A stretch of DNA of 63,241 nucleotides, the filler included, from Octopus bimaculoides (lineage: Eukaryota): assembly GCF_001194135.2 (NCBI RefSeq). It is 8 parts of 8 records of this genome, joined end to end, with 100 filler letters (N's around TTAATTAATTAA, not from the genome) between each part and the next. Parts side by side here need not be neighbours in the genome. Positions count along the whole stretch, not along the records: positions 40,670 to 52,680 come from NC_068995.1; positions 52,781 to 59,313 come from NC_069008.1; positions 59,414 to 61,859 come from NC_069003.1; positions 61,960 to 63,241 come from NC_069002.1; 4 more parts are not named here. One strand, written 5' to 3'. The notes below the pieces were generated by a model, which was given only the letters and a program-made list of their open reading frames with translations, was not told the origin of the DNA and ran no database searches. The position numbers and the translations under genes are program-made. This document shows, in pieces, positions 50,264-62,839 of this stretch (its first letter is position 1; each line of letters starts with the position of its first letter).

Positions 50264-51111
50264 GTAATAATAATAGTAATAAAAATAATGATAATAATAA
50301 TAATAGTAATAAAAAGCAGATTGGATTAGTTTGAAATACATAAAAATAATGTTGTAATTAATATGTATAAGTATGGATATTTCACAATTACTAATTTAAT
50401 AATTAACAGAATATTCTATTGCATCCAACACGCATACACACAGATTTACATATATAGATATATATATATACACAGACACACCGATATGTCTTGTGTACGC
50501 GCGCGTATGTGTTTTGTTATATAATATATATGGATGTATGTCAAATTAACTAAACCTGTGTGTTGTTAAGTGCGTTATTGTATATATGTAAAAATAATGG
50601 CTATGAAAATGCCTTATTTATAAATAGAATTATGAATCACATTCACAGTGCATGGTACTATGGAAATTAGAGAGGCATTTTAATTGTATACGAATTGGCT
50701 TAAATCAAAAGGTAGGTATATGACACTAATATATACAGGTAGAGAAATATTGGATAATCTGTCTCAGATGATGATCGAATAAGAATAGAAACTAGCTGAG
50801 GTATACTACGTTTTTGTTTTTTGTTCTTTATTTATCACATATATCTATCTAGCTAGCTAGCTAGCTATTTTTCTCTCTTTCTCTCTATCTCTATCTATCA
50901 CTCCATATCTCATTGAACCGTTAACCCCTACATATTTTTATCTTTCCTTTTCGCTCTTCTCCATTTTTCCTATCAACCCTTTCTGTCGAAGAGCGTAGGA
51001 TCGGAACGTCAAAGACTTTTCCATTCTTCTCGAACATCAAACTATTACACCTGATTGTTTTTTCCTATACCTGTCTCCGTTAGTTTTTTCTATAAATTTG
51101 AACCATATACA

Positions 51112-51156
<45 letters not shown>

Positions 51157-51799
51157 TTTAACTACATTTTATTTATGGCCCATTGTGAATGTTACATGTT
51201 ATGTTTATCAACTATATTCAACCCTTCAGGATTCAGTTTACTCTAAAATATAATGCTTGCTTATTCATATTTTTTCGATTTAACCATACATCTTGTAGTT
51301 TTGTGATTTCGATGATGCGACTGTTTATTTTAAAAATGGTATACTGGGGTAGGTGTGAGAGACCTGATCTGATCGGTTTAAACATAAGCAGGTAGATTAG
51401 TTGAGCCTGATATCGTCCGTTTGAATGTTTAATCGTTAGAGTTTTATGTTTTCAAAGAACTTTTGGATGAAATGTAAACTCTTATATTAGATGAACCCAT
51501 ATCGCAACCGAAAACTCAAAGATGATCATCTCTGTTCAACTTTCTACTTCACGAGAAACAATTACGCAAAAAAAAAAAAAAAGAAAAGCCAGAAATGTGT
51601 GTAAATTGAAAAGCAAGCAACCTGAAGACTGCTGAAGCAATGCTACAGCCTCAGGCCAAAGCCACGAATGAGTAAATTAAATAACGCTGTAAGTTTCATT
51701 AGATTTAAAATGTACCGGAAACTTAACGCATAGCAATATTATTTAGTGACTCAAGAGGCAATATTTCTCCCCACTAAACATGGATGTTCTATTAAAATA

Positions 51800-52175
51800 A
51801 ACTTTACTGTGGTAGTTGCAATGAGAGAAGCCCCCACATTGGGTTTTTGGTGCAAAATGCACTTTTATGTACACCACTAACGGAGAGATAAATCCCCGCT
51901 ACAACCAGCGCTGAAATCATCAGAACACGTGATTTCGACCTTGTTTGGTCTTGTCAAATACGGATACGCGATCGCTAGAGACAGCAGAGATTCGTCTCCC
52001 TGCCAGTGATGTATAGATCGACAGCTCCAGAACAGGCGCTGGTTTTGCGATTAACCCCTCAGCTGGAAGTAGTAGCGGAATTTTGTCTCCTCGGTAGCGA
52101 TGTAAAACAAGAGTGCATTTTACATCAAATAACCAATGTGAGAACTTCTCTCGTGGCAGCGACCGCTGTAAAGTT
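51800..52175. mobile_element. Old MITE-like inverted repeat (about 115-bp arms, about 145-bp spacer)
   Basis: The reverse complement of 51800-51913 aligns with 52060-52175 (AGTGCATTTT, CCAATGTG, CTTCTCTC, GTAAAGTT shared), roughly 70 percent identical by eye. Confidence 0.75.
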
Positions 52176-52780
52176 CTAACAGAACATTCCCGCTTAAGTG
52201 AGGATAAATATTATCTCTCTTTATGAATAGCGCCTCCGTCGCTAATATACTGTATATTACTTAGTGACTCATCTACCTAATCGACAAATGCAACGTTATG
52301 CCAATTAGACGAATCAATTTACCTGCGCTTTAGAGTATTTACATTATAATACATGCAGTTTGGATAGAAATTTCATTATGTGTAGATTCGGTAACCAGAT
52401 CGTATACATACACGAAAATTTAAAACCTTTATGTTAAATAGATATACGCTACTAATTATCCTGGAGACTAACGATGGATATAATTACTTTGATGAAGGTC
52501 TAAGATAATGTGATATTCAGGCAGGTCAATCCCATGTTGCCAATGGCGCACGGTATGTGTTTCTCAAAAGACGTATACATTAAGTTATATTACGGTGTAT
52601 ACACGCATGCGTACATACATAGAAATACGCATACACGTCTATCTATCTTTCTCTCAGTTTATATATATATATATATATATNNNNNNNNNNNNNNNNNNNN
52701 NNNNNNNNNNNNNNNNNNNNNNNNTTAATTAATTAANNNNNNNNNNNNNNNNNNNNNNNNNNNNNNNNNNNNNNNNNNNN

Positions 52781-52813
<33 letters not shown>

Positions 52814-52822
52814 CATACATAC

Positions 52823-52855
<33 letters not shown>

Positions 52856-52999
52856 CATACATACATATATATATATATACATATATATATACATACATAC
52901 ATATATATATATACATACATATATATATACATACATATATATATATACATACATATATATATATATACATATATATATATACATACAGCACCCCTCGTA

Positions 53000-53029
<30 letters not shown>

Positions 53030-53030
<1 letters not shown>

Positions 53031-53241
53031 GAGCGGGTGCTGGAAAGTTCTTGGTTTTAAGGGTATCGAGAAAGGCCTAGTTCGAGGCCCAACCTTCCAA
53101 GTTCTTTTACAGGGCTTAGAAAAACTGAAGGCCTGCTGCAATAAGTGTGTGAATCTTTGTTGAATAAAATCATAATTAACTGATCTTCCTGTATTTTCTT
53201 TTACCCAAAGCCAAAGCCAAGAACTTTTCAGCACCCCTTCG
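53030..53241 (+). mobile_element. Mariner-derived MITE
   Basis: TA-flanked TIRs resembling CGAGGGGGTGCTGAAAAGTTCTTGGC; internal [18 protein letters not shown] resembles a mariner transposase C-terminus. A further TIR remnant lies at 52986-52999. Confidence 0.8.
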
Positions 53242-53261
53242 TATATAACAAACAGGAAAAT

Positions 53262-53482
53262 GGAAAATTTTGGGTATTATTTATTCTTTATTACACGTAT
53301 TTCATTTGCTAATTACAAAGATAAACATGCTATACAAACATGTAAGGATATGTTATATCATTTACATGTTCTATAGACATTTCTTTACATTTACATATTA
53401 AATACTAATACGTGAATCTTTGTAATTCCTATTAGCAAATGAAACACGTGTAATGGTGAATAAATGATACCAAAAATTTTCC
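53262..53482. repeat. AT-rich fold-back element with about 60-bp arms and an internal hairpin
   Basis: GGAAAATTTTGGGTATTATTTATTC..ATTACACGT.TTTCATTTGCTAAT..TACAAAGAT versus its reverse complement at 53416-53482; inner AACATGTAA/TTACATGTT. Confidence 0.75.
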
Positions 53483-53691
53483 GTTCTCCTGTTTTGTTAT
53501 ACAATATCTCTGCAAATAATATTTCCATAATTCTCAATTCTAATATGTATTTTGATTAACATACACCAGCAACTGAGACCACATATTGGATTGTAATAAT
53601 AGAATAACCAGACGTGCGTCGAGAGGAAATACCTGGGATTTACCCTAGCTACCAATGATATATATATATACATATATAAAAATACATGCAT

Positions 53692-53723
<32 letters not shown>

Positions 53724-54300
53724 TAGGGACAAAATCCAAAATTACAGGTAAAAACTCAATTAAAATCAATTTATAAAAAAATTAAAATTAAATTGAGCTT
53801 TACAGATTAAAAAATATATAAATATATAGTTTTAGGGAAAAGAACCAAGTTTCATGAACTCATCGATGAAAATCCACTATCACATATAGAAAAATTAATA
53901 ATTAAAAGCACAATGAATTAGTATAATATTATACAAAGTAAATATCATAAGATAAAGATGATAAAATGACTACACGTGTTTCATAACTAATTTTCAAATA
54001 GAAAGGAAAACTATATATATATATATATATATACAGTCATACGTATCTACACACATACGCCTGAGAAAGAGTCTTGTAGAGTTAAGGTTTTCATGCAAAG
54101 AAAAACTTTACTAAAATTTCACAAGTAACGCACTCTTAACTGTTGTTAAAATGGAAGCGAGAGGGGGAGGGGAGAAAGAGAGAGAGAGAAAAAGAGAGAG
54201 TGAAAGGTGGAGTGAAGAGACAGACTGTAAAAAAATTGTGAAGACGTGTGGATGTGTGATGTATGGACTGTGTATGTGAGTATGGTTATGTTACTCTTAC

Positions 54301-55952
54301 CGTATGTCTTTCTCCTCGAGATCTTCTAGCCTGAAAGAATCTTCTTTCTTCAAATTAATTCCGTTCTTTTGTAAGATGCCGTGTTGGGGCAACTGTTTGC
54401 AGACAAACAGAATATCCGTAGCGGCCGTGTCAAAATCCATGGCTGAGATCTGGTTGACGCCGATGGCTATCGTCCCACCTTCCTCGACGAGTAATTTGTT
54501 GGTTATAAATTCCGGTGGTTGGTTGTCGACCGGTTGCACCTCAATGTCGAATTGCTGTCCGGATATTCGGTTGCCGGAGTAATCTTTTATCATGTAAGTA
54601 AATCTCACTAGACACGGCTCGGTGCCAATGTCGTTTTCTGGCGGAATGTAGGCCACTTTTAGTTGACTGATGTCTTCTTGCGTGAAGCTTTTCGTAGACG
54701 TAGTCTTCACATCCTTGCGCAACATCGTGATGTTGTGCGTCGTAATGACGCGACCGGCGTCGGCTCGCTTGGAATTGTAGACAAAGTGTGGCGGTGTGGT
54801 GATCGTGTACACTAACTGGCTGTCTTTACTGTCCTTGTCGATGTAATTTAGCTGCGATTTACTGATGTAACCAATGTTCGTTTCCTGAACTTGCATGAAT
54901 TGGCTGGCTGTCGGTGAGAGTATTGGCGGATTATCGTTGATCGAGTTTATCATGATCTGGAAGCTTTCTCTTTGTGAAATGTTCGGCTGATCCTCCTGGT
55001 CCTTCAGTACAAATTCAAAGGAGTCCCTGAACCTTCCGCTGTGCATGTGTCGATAATAAATTTGTCCCTGTAGGAGATTCAATTGGGTGAACCTTTTTAT
55101 CGATCTCCCCTTATCGGAAGGGTTAAGCTTCAGCATGAGATCTCCAGCTCTTGGTGTTTTAACGATTAAGTAAGTGATTCGAGAATCCAATGTGTCTGAA
55201 TCGTGGGCCAAAAGGTTATTCCTACTGATGCGCTCGATTCCACCTTCGTTCAGTTCCAGTCCTAAATTATTTACAATGTAAGGTGGGGTGTCATCTTTGG
55301 GTATGATTGTGATAGGAAAACCGGCCCTAACCGTATCTTTCTGGTCTGTAATTCGCAATTCTATGTTGTCTCTGATACTGTCACTGTCATCGTGTTTATA
55401 AACCACATTCCCATCTGCGATGTCTTTGATCATGAAATACATCGAAAGGCTGCCGTTCACCAACAGCTGACCGTAACTTAAGCCACCCTTAACGTAGACC
55501 TTAACGTCTCTCAAGTTATCCTGGTCTACAATCTGTAAGTTGTAAGGGAGGATTGGACGTGACTCACCTTCGAGAAGCACAAGGCCTTTGTTATTGGCTA
55601 TCCTCGGCGCCGTTGTCGCGGACGGACGTACGGCTATGTGTAACATTATCGGCATACTGGCGGAGAAGTGGCTATCGTAGACGGTGAATTCAACTTCATA
55701 CACTTTCCGTTCTGAGTAGCTGGCATTAGGCGGTTGGTAGCCGATGCGTAGACTGTCCAAATCGTCCTGAATGAACGACGTGATCGGCTGCGTATGGTCA
55801 TCGAGTTTAACGAGGAAACCGTTGCCGGGGGCCGGCGGTTTGCTGATGTTAAAGACCAGCTGCGAGGCTGGTGTTTCGTAGTCCTCGGCCGAAATCACAC
55901 CGGGAATAAGAGTGGTCAGTATAAATTGGTCCACATCCATTATGTACATGCT
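54301..55952 (-). CDS. FREM1: Large internal or first coding exon (partial, about 550 codons visible) of a FRAS1-related extracellular matrix protein, FREM1-like: about 4 complete CSPG/cadherin-like repeats plus part of a fifth
   Basis: Stop-free 1.65 kb frame, visibly more GC-rich than its flanks. The translation (DVDQFILT, DDHTQPITSF, YQPPNASYSERK, NNKGLVLLEGESR, HDDSDS, FPITIIPKDDTPP, LVYTITTPPHF, KVAYIPP, PVDNQPPEF) matches vertebrate FREM1 motifs as recalled, better than FREM2/3. It ends ATA CG|GTAAGA, a phase-2 donor at 54300; the TAA in the ORF track is part of that donor. The 5' end lies in the N-gap 55954-56859. Orthology is from memory, not a search. Confidence 0.85.
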
Positions 55953-56916
55953 TNNNNNNNNNNNNNNNNNNNNNNNNNNNNNNNNNNNNNNNNNNNNNNN
56001 NNNNNNNNNNNNNNNNNNNNNNNNNNNNNNNNNNNNNNNNNNNNNNNNNNNNNNNNNNNNNNNNNNNNNNNNNNNNNNNNNNNNNNNNNNNNNNNNNNNN
56101 NNNNNNNNNNNNNNNNNNNNNNNNNNNNNNNNNNNNNNNNNNNNNNNNNNNNNNNNNNNNNNNNNNNNNNNNNNNNNNNNNNNNNNNNNNNNNNNNNNNN
56201 NNNNNNNNNNNNNNNNNNNNNNNNNNNNNNNNNNNNNNNNNNNNNNNNNNNNNNNNNNNNNNNNNNNNNNNNNNNNNNNNNNNNNNNNNNNNNNNNNNNN
56301 NNNNNNNNNNNNNNNNNNNNNNNNNNNNNNNNNNNNNNNNNNNNNNNNNNNNNNNNNNNNNNNNNNNNNNNNNNNNNNNNNNNNNNNNNNNNNNNNNNNN
56401 NNNNNNNNNNNNNNNNNNNNNNNNNNNNNNNNNNNNNNNNNNNNNNNNNNNNNNNNNNNNNNNNNNNNNNNNNNNNNNNNNNNNNNNNNNNNNNNNNNNN
56501 NNNNNNNNNNNNNNNNNNNNNNNNNNNNNNNNNNNNNNNNNNNNNNNNNNNNNNNNNNNNNNNNNNNNNNNNNNNNNNNNNNNNNNNNNNNNNNNNNNNN
56601 NNNNNNNNNNNNNNNNNNNNNNNNNNNNNNNNNNNNNNNNNNNNNNNNNNNNNNNNNNNNNNNNNNNNNNNNNNNNNNNNNNNNNNNNNNNNNNNNNNNN
56701 NNNNNNNNNNNNNNNNNNNNNNNNNNNNNNNNNNNNNNNNNNNNNNNNNNNNNNNNNNNNNNNNNNNNNNNNNNNNNNNNNNNNNNNNNNNNNNNNNNNN
56801 NNNNNNNNNNNNNNNNNNNNNNNNNNNNNNNNNNNNNNNNNNNNNNNNNNNNNNNNNNNATAGAGTTAAGAACATTTATAAAACATGGAATTTCCATGGG
56901 TTCCGACAGTTGTAAC

Positions 56917-56989
<73 letters not shown>

Positions 56990-57008
56990 CATTATTATTA
57001 TTACGAAG

Positions 57009-57222
57009 AAGGCGACGAACTGGTAGAATCCTTAACATGCCGGGCGAAATGCTTAGTGGTGTTTCGTCTGCCACTATGTTCTGAGTTCAAATTCCGCCGA
57101 GGTCGACTTTGCCTTTCATCCTTTCGGAGTCGATAAAATAAGTACCAGCTGAACACTGGGATCGATGTAATCGACTCCTCCCCACCTCTCCCAAGCTGCC
57201 TTTGTGGCAAAAAATTGAAATA
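57009..57222 (+). mobile_element. SINE family B, preceded by (ATT)n and followed by (AAT)n
   Basis: Highly similar to 11006-11210 over the core. Confidence 0.88.
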
Positions 57223-57840
57223 ATAATTATGATGATAATAATAATAATAATAATAATTATTATTATTATGGCTGTCAGCCTTGCAAGCCACGCTTGACCT
57301 CGTTCCGTGAATTTTATAAGGAAAAAAAAACACATAATAGTGTATTTGCATCCTTTAAGTTTATACCACCGTGGGCAACAAGTTATTTGCTGTCGAGTGG
57401 TGAGTTTAATTTCCTGTTTTGTCCCCAAGTTTTGGAGGACAGGTCAATTGATTTTGTGTTTTTAATCATAGTTGTTTGCGTTTCCCCCACCAACATGGAG
57501 AAAACACAAAACATGGTTTCGCTCAAAACACAGTGAGAGAGAATGAGAGAGTGAGGAGCGTCACCAAAGGTCAATGAGAGAGGGAGTGGATGCGTGTTTT
57601 CATCAACACCAAGAACGATACCGGCATCAAACACTTCTCAGCGCTCAAAGATGTTCCCACTTATCGATGCGGAGCGGGTGGACATCGTAGGTGGAAAGTC
57701 GGATTGCGACGAGGAGCGGAAGTGTTTTAATAAAAAAAAAAAAAACGAAAAGAGACAGAAAGAAAAACAGACATATGGACATCCCAACAACAGTCTTCAT
57801 CCACACGTGAAGTAGAAAGAAAAAACCAGAATAACAAAAA

Positions 57841-58295
57841 CGAGTGTTATGCCTTGCCAAAGGGCATCCATAGCTATACAGGGCACGGTCGCCACTTTAT
57901 CGATAGGGCATGGTGATTTTCATCGTTGATCTTGGATTGCTCTGCTCAGCACCAATATGAGAAGCACCGTTGGCTCACTTGAGCCCTCTCACTACTTCTT
58001 TTACCATGCTACAGTCCCATGACTTCGCCGTATCCCTAGCAGAGTGGCTAAACGAGTGCTATGCCTTGCCAAAGGGCATCCATAACTATGTAGGGTACGG
58101 TCGCCACTCTCGATATAGCTTGATAATCTTGACTTTCTAGAATTTCTCCGCTCAGCATCAATGTAAGAAACACCGTTGGTTCAATTGAGCTCTTCCACTA
58201 CCTCTTCACAATCCACCATGCTACAGTCCCATGGACTTTGCCGTATCGCAAGCAGGGTGGCTGAAAGGGTGCTATACCTTGCCGAAGGACAACCG
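57841..58295. repeat. Tandem repeat, about 212-bp period, 2.2 copies
   Basis: GAGTG(T/C)TATGCCTTGCCAAAGGGCATCCATA at 57841 and 58053; a third partial copy at about 58266. Confidence 0.85.
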
Positions 58296-58859
58296 TCATT
58301 CCGAGAGGTATTTCCAAGGTACCCACATAACCAAAATATAATTACAACTACAGGTAAAATTTAGTACGTTAATTATGTTACCTTACCGCCCCACTAATGC
58401 CTAAAACCACCTTCGACATGCCCAGCGATCCCTTGGTGGTGGGACAATACCACCCACGTTGAGAATCTCTACACTAGAATATACAGAAGAAATGCCTTGC
58501 AGTATTTAGCTGTGGCTCTTTACGCTCCGAGTTCAAATTCCGCCAACGTCGACTGCATTTTATTTATACAACCCAGGAAGAGGAAACAAGGTTCTAATGG
58601 CAGAATAATCGTTTATCCCTAAAATAATCGTTCTCCCTAAAATAACTGCAACTTGCGGCTGTGTTCGAAACCATTATCGTTATTTGTAATCGTTAGGCGA
58701 TCAATGATAATTAAAAACAGGTGATAGATGTAATTATGCTGACCTTTTTTCATGTCAAAAGCAGTCGTGTTTCCGTCTCTCCCCTGCTTCTCGTCCTCCC
58801 TACCCCCTCTTTCTCTCGTACAGACTTCCACACATATTCTATGTTTCGCTCAATCTTTT

Positions 58860-58918
<59 letters not shown>

Positions 58919-59158
58919 TTTCCTCTCTGTCTCAATGATTATCTGTATCCCTCTGTAGTTTTTCCTCTCCTTTTATCTCTCTACCTCTCTGTCACTTTCT
59001 CTCCATGCCATAATATTTTGGGGCGTCACTCTCTTGCTTTTCGCTCTTTCTACGTGCCACACACACACACACACACTCATACACACACATTCTCTCTCTC
59101 TTTTCTCAGTAACTGATTCGTTCTGTGCTTCACCAACTCTCACTTTTTGTGCTTCACG

Positions 59159-59192
<34 letters not shown>

Positions 59193-60443
59193 CTCTCTTT
59201 CTCTCTATTTCTCTCTCTCTCTCTCTCTCTCTATTTCTCTATCTCTCTCTATTTCTCTCTCTCTCTCTCTCTCTATTTTTCTCTCTCTCTCTCTCTCTCT
59301 ATTTCTCTCTCTCNNNNNNNNNNNNNNNNNNNNNNNNNNNNNNNNNNNNNNNNNNNNTTAATTAATTAANNNNNNNNNNNNNNNNNNNNNNNNNNNNNNN
59401 NNNNNNNNNNNNNCACTTACTCCAGGTGTTGCGTTGTGGGATTGAACACGACACCTCAAGGCTGCAAAGCATGCTCCATAACTACACAGCTATGCCCTGC
59501 TTTTATGATATGTATGATGTACATTCCAAAGGGTAATTATGTTGATAAGAAAACAAAAACGATTTCACAATGGCGCTAGCAAAAAGACAGCCGTCGGCCT
59601 CTCACCTGAACATAAACTCGTATCTCCACCCTTTCAGCTTCTTTGAAGGAAAGCTTAAAGGAATGAAATGAGTCATAGATTGATGAAGAATTTTACCTGG
59701 AATCGAGCGGACCACATCTGGTTTCTATATCCGCCAACTACATTCCTTTACAAGGAGGGCGTCGTGTAAAGTGAAAATGAAAAAAAACAACTTATCGTTA
59801 AAACAGTTTTGTGATTGTAATTATAAAAGAAAAATAGGTGAAAGGATGTATCGTGAAGAGTACGAGTGTTTAGATAATAGCAGGAGACAAGAGTTAGGAA
59901 AAGAAACCTAGGCGAATATAAAGAAAAGATAGAAAAAAATATCGTATAGACGTTTTGAAATAAGTATGTAAAAGAAAAAAAATCAGAGGCGGACCGGTTC
60001 TTTCGAAATAAATATGATTTTAATTTTTCGTTTATTTGTTATTCTGTAAGATTCTTCAGATTTATCGTAACCAAATGTTGGTTAAGTAAAGTTATAAAGA
60101 TCATTAGTTTACTTAATATAAACAGTATATTTTGATCAGTTTGTTTTCGTAACTTGTTTTCTTCAATACTAGTTTCGCACATTTGAATGTAATTAACTCA
60201 AAGCTTGGCTGTCATTTGGAAGAGAATGTGACTTGTTAGTAAGTATCACTCTTTACACAGGCTGTTTCAAGTATCGTCTTGACCCGCCAACCGTAGACCC
60301 AACAGAAAATCGAAGATGCGACATCAAAGAAAGAGAGAAAGATGGAAAGAGAGGTGGGGAAAAACATCCCTAGTCAGGTGGTATTCTTTTTCAGCAGAGT
60401 ATAGTGTAGCAACGTAAAGTGCCTTGATCAAGATCATACAAAA

Positions 60444-60753
60444 CCGCGCTGTCCGGCCAGGGATTGAAACCAAGACCGTGACCTCATGAGCAAAACATGC
60501 TAACCACTAGACCACCTGGGTTCACACCGACCCTAATTAGTTCTCACTTTTATCAGAAAACAACTCGCTAGCAGGTCCAAAAGTCGAATCTACGACCTTG
60601 CGATTATATCTCGGCCACGCCGAACGTAATTAGTCCCCACCTATGTAATATTCTGCCTGATCCTAAAATCAAACTATCGATCTTGCAATCGTTAGCGGAA
60701 CTTCCCTGACCACTCGGCCACAAGCCTTTACATGACACATAATTAGTTCTAAC
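60444..60753 (-). repeat. Three tandem degenerate tRNA-like (SINE-head) units
   Basis: Minus strand GTGGCCGAGTGG, GTGGCCGAG and GTGGTCTAGTGG A-box-like motifs, each followed by a B-box-like motif; units separated by GAACTAATTA-like spacers. Confidence 0.55.
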
Positions 60754-61409
60754 CTGTATTTGTTATGTTGCACCACTCATATCATCAAAATAAAAAGAGC
60801 TGTCATAAATTCTGTCTTCTTCACCTGAGATCAAAATGGCTAACCACCCGTGTATGGATACTTGCAATGGCGAAGAAAGATCAATCAAGCTATTTCTCTT
60901 ACAATTGTACCCCACGAATCAATCATGTTGAACGTTAATTTTTTAACAGATTCCATTTCCATCACTTAATGTAACCTCATTTATTATTCTAGACTAATTC
61001 ATCAACGTTTTTTACTGCTTCAGCAAATTTTATTCAGTACGCGCCCTATCGATAATTCTGCCATCCGTCATATTGACAGTAGAAGGGCAGGTGATTTTGT
61101 AGGCGCCATTTTAGCACAATACAGTGTCAAAGGTTAGCAAAAAAATAATGAAAATACAAAACGAGAAACAGTGTCATTTTGGGCCACCTTATCCATTTCC
61201 CCAAGAAATCCTGTCTAAAAATTAATTAAAGCACCTTGTAATGAAAAATTTCTCTTTTGTTACCTAATTTGTCCCGTTCTTTTGCGAATTCAACTGATAT
61301 TATGCCAAAGAAGAGGTATAATACAGTTACAACTAGCAGCTGGATTTTATTCAACTCAAATTCTACTCTGCTAAAAGAAAAAGGCAGGGATGACATGTGT
61401 ATATCAAGA

Positions 61410-61652
61410 AAAAAGGTTAAGAGGTGAAGTCGACCTAGGCGGAATTCGAACTCACAACGTAAAGATCTAGAAGACAGGTCGCTAAGCATTTTGTCAAACG
61501 TACTAATAATTCTTCTTTCTACAATAGGCACAAGGCCTGTATTTTGTGGGGAGAGGGACAGTCGATCGCATTGACCCCAGTACTCAACTGCTACTTAATT
61601 TATGGAGCACGAAAGGATGAAAGGCAAAGTCGACCTCGGAGGAATTTGAACC
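61410..61652 (-). mobile_element. Two partial SINE family B copies
   Basis: AAGTCGACCT...GGAATT.GAAC occurs twice in reverse orientation. Confidence 0.75.
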
Positions 61653-62083
61653 ACTGCTAACTACAAGTATCGACAAAAAGTAATGCGGAGGAAATGATGA
61701 CTTAGGCAACCACATAAATTTCGTAACTAGATTAAGTTTTTTCTATTTTAAAAACATGAATCTTTTCCAGCATTTATTAGATGTTGCATTGCAGTTCTTC
61801 ATTGCAATGCAAAGGGACGAAATCTCATGCACACACACAAACATATATATATATATATANNNNNNNNNNNNNNNNNNNNNNNNNNNNNNNNNNNNNNNNN
61901 NNNTTAATTAATTAANNNNNNNNNNNNNNNNNNNNNNNNNNNNNNNNNNNNNNNNNNNNCCATTGATGTAAAAATTTTTACGAAAAAGTGGAAAATGTGG
62001 ATTTCTATAAACATTCAAAAAGGCTTCACACAAACACACAATTTCAGATTTATATATTAAGATAATTATTTAAAATTATAATA

Positions 62084-62381
62084 CAGGGTATCTAAGAGAT
62101 ACCGCCCCGCTGAAAAATAGCAGTCAAATTCTGACTCCGTATATGTAAGTATACTGTTTATATACATATATTTGTATTCATGTACTTGAGTATATTCTAC
62201 CGATGAAGGCAAAGCATTATTTATGCAAAGCCAGAAATCCAGGATCTGGAATTATCTTGTTATTTTACTGGTTTATTTTGGCTTCGTCTTCGCTCCTTGT
62301 ACTATGTGGACATTTATTGTGGTTTTAGAGTCAGAATTTGACTGCTATTTTTCAGCGTGGCGGTATCTCTTAGATACCCTG
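62084..62381. mobile_element. Young Tc1/mariner-type MITE with 54-bp TIRs
   Basis: CAGGGTATCTAAGAGATACCGCC(C/A)CGCTGAAAAATAGCAGTCAAATTCTGACTC, arms 53/54 identical. Left flank is TA; right flank is in a gap. Confidence 0.88.
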
Positions 62382-62615
62382 NNNNNNNNNNNNNNNNNNN
62401 NNNNNNNNNNNNNNNNNNNNNNNNNNNNNNNNNNNNNNNNNNNNNNNNNNNNNNNNNNNNNNNNNNNNNNNNNNNNNNNNNNNNNNNNNNNNNNNNNNNN
62501 NNNNNNNNNNNNNNNNNNNNNNNNNNNNNNNNNNNNNNNNNNNNNNNNNNNNNNNNNNNNNNNNNNNNNNNNNNNNNNNNNNNNNNNNNNNNNNNNNNNN
62601 NNNNNNNNNNNNNNN

Positions 62616-62674
<59 letters not shown>

Positions 62675-62806
62675 AAGAAAAGCAACAAAAATGTATTAGG
62701 TTATAGCAGTACGTACGTTTTGTACAAGCTTCATTTATTTATGTAGTGAGGTGCCACAAACATTTTAAGTACCACTTTAATCTTTTGATTAAATCTATAT
62801 TATTAT

Positions 62807-62839
<33 letters not shown>

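Noticed and set aside
55954-57074. N-terminal part of the 925-aa ORF (MADETPLSISPGML...poly-N)
   Set aside because: It is made of a SINE B head, an (AAT)n tract and N-gap read-through; only 54301-55952 is supported coding sequence.
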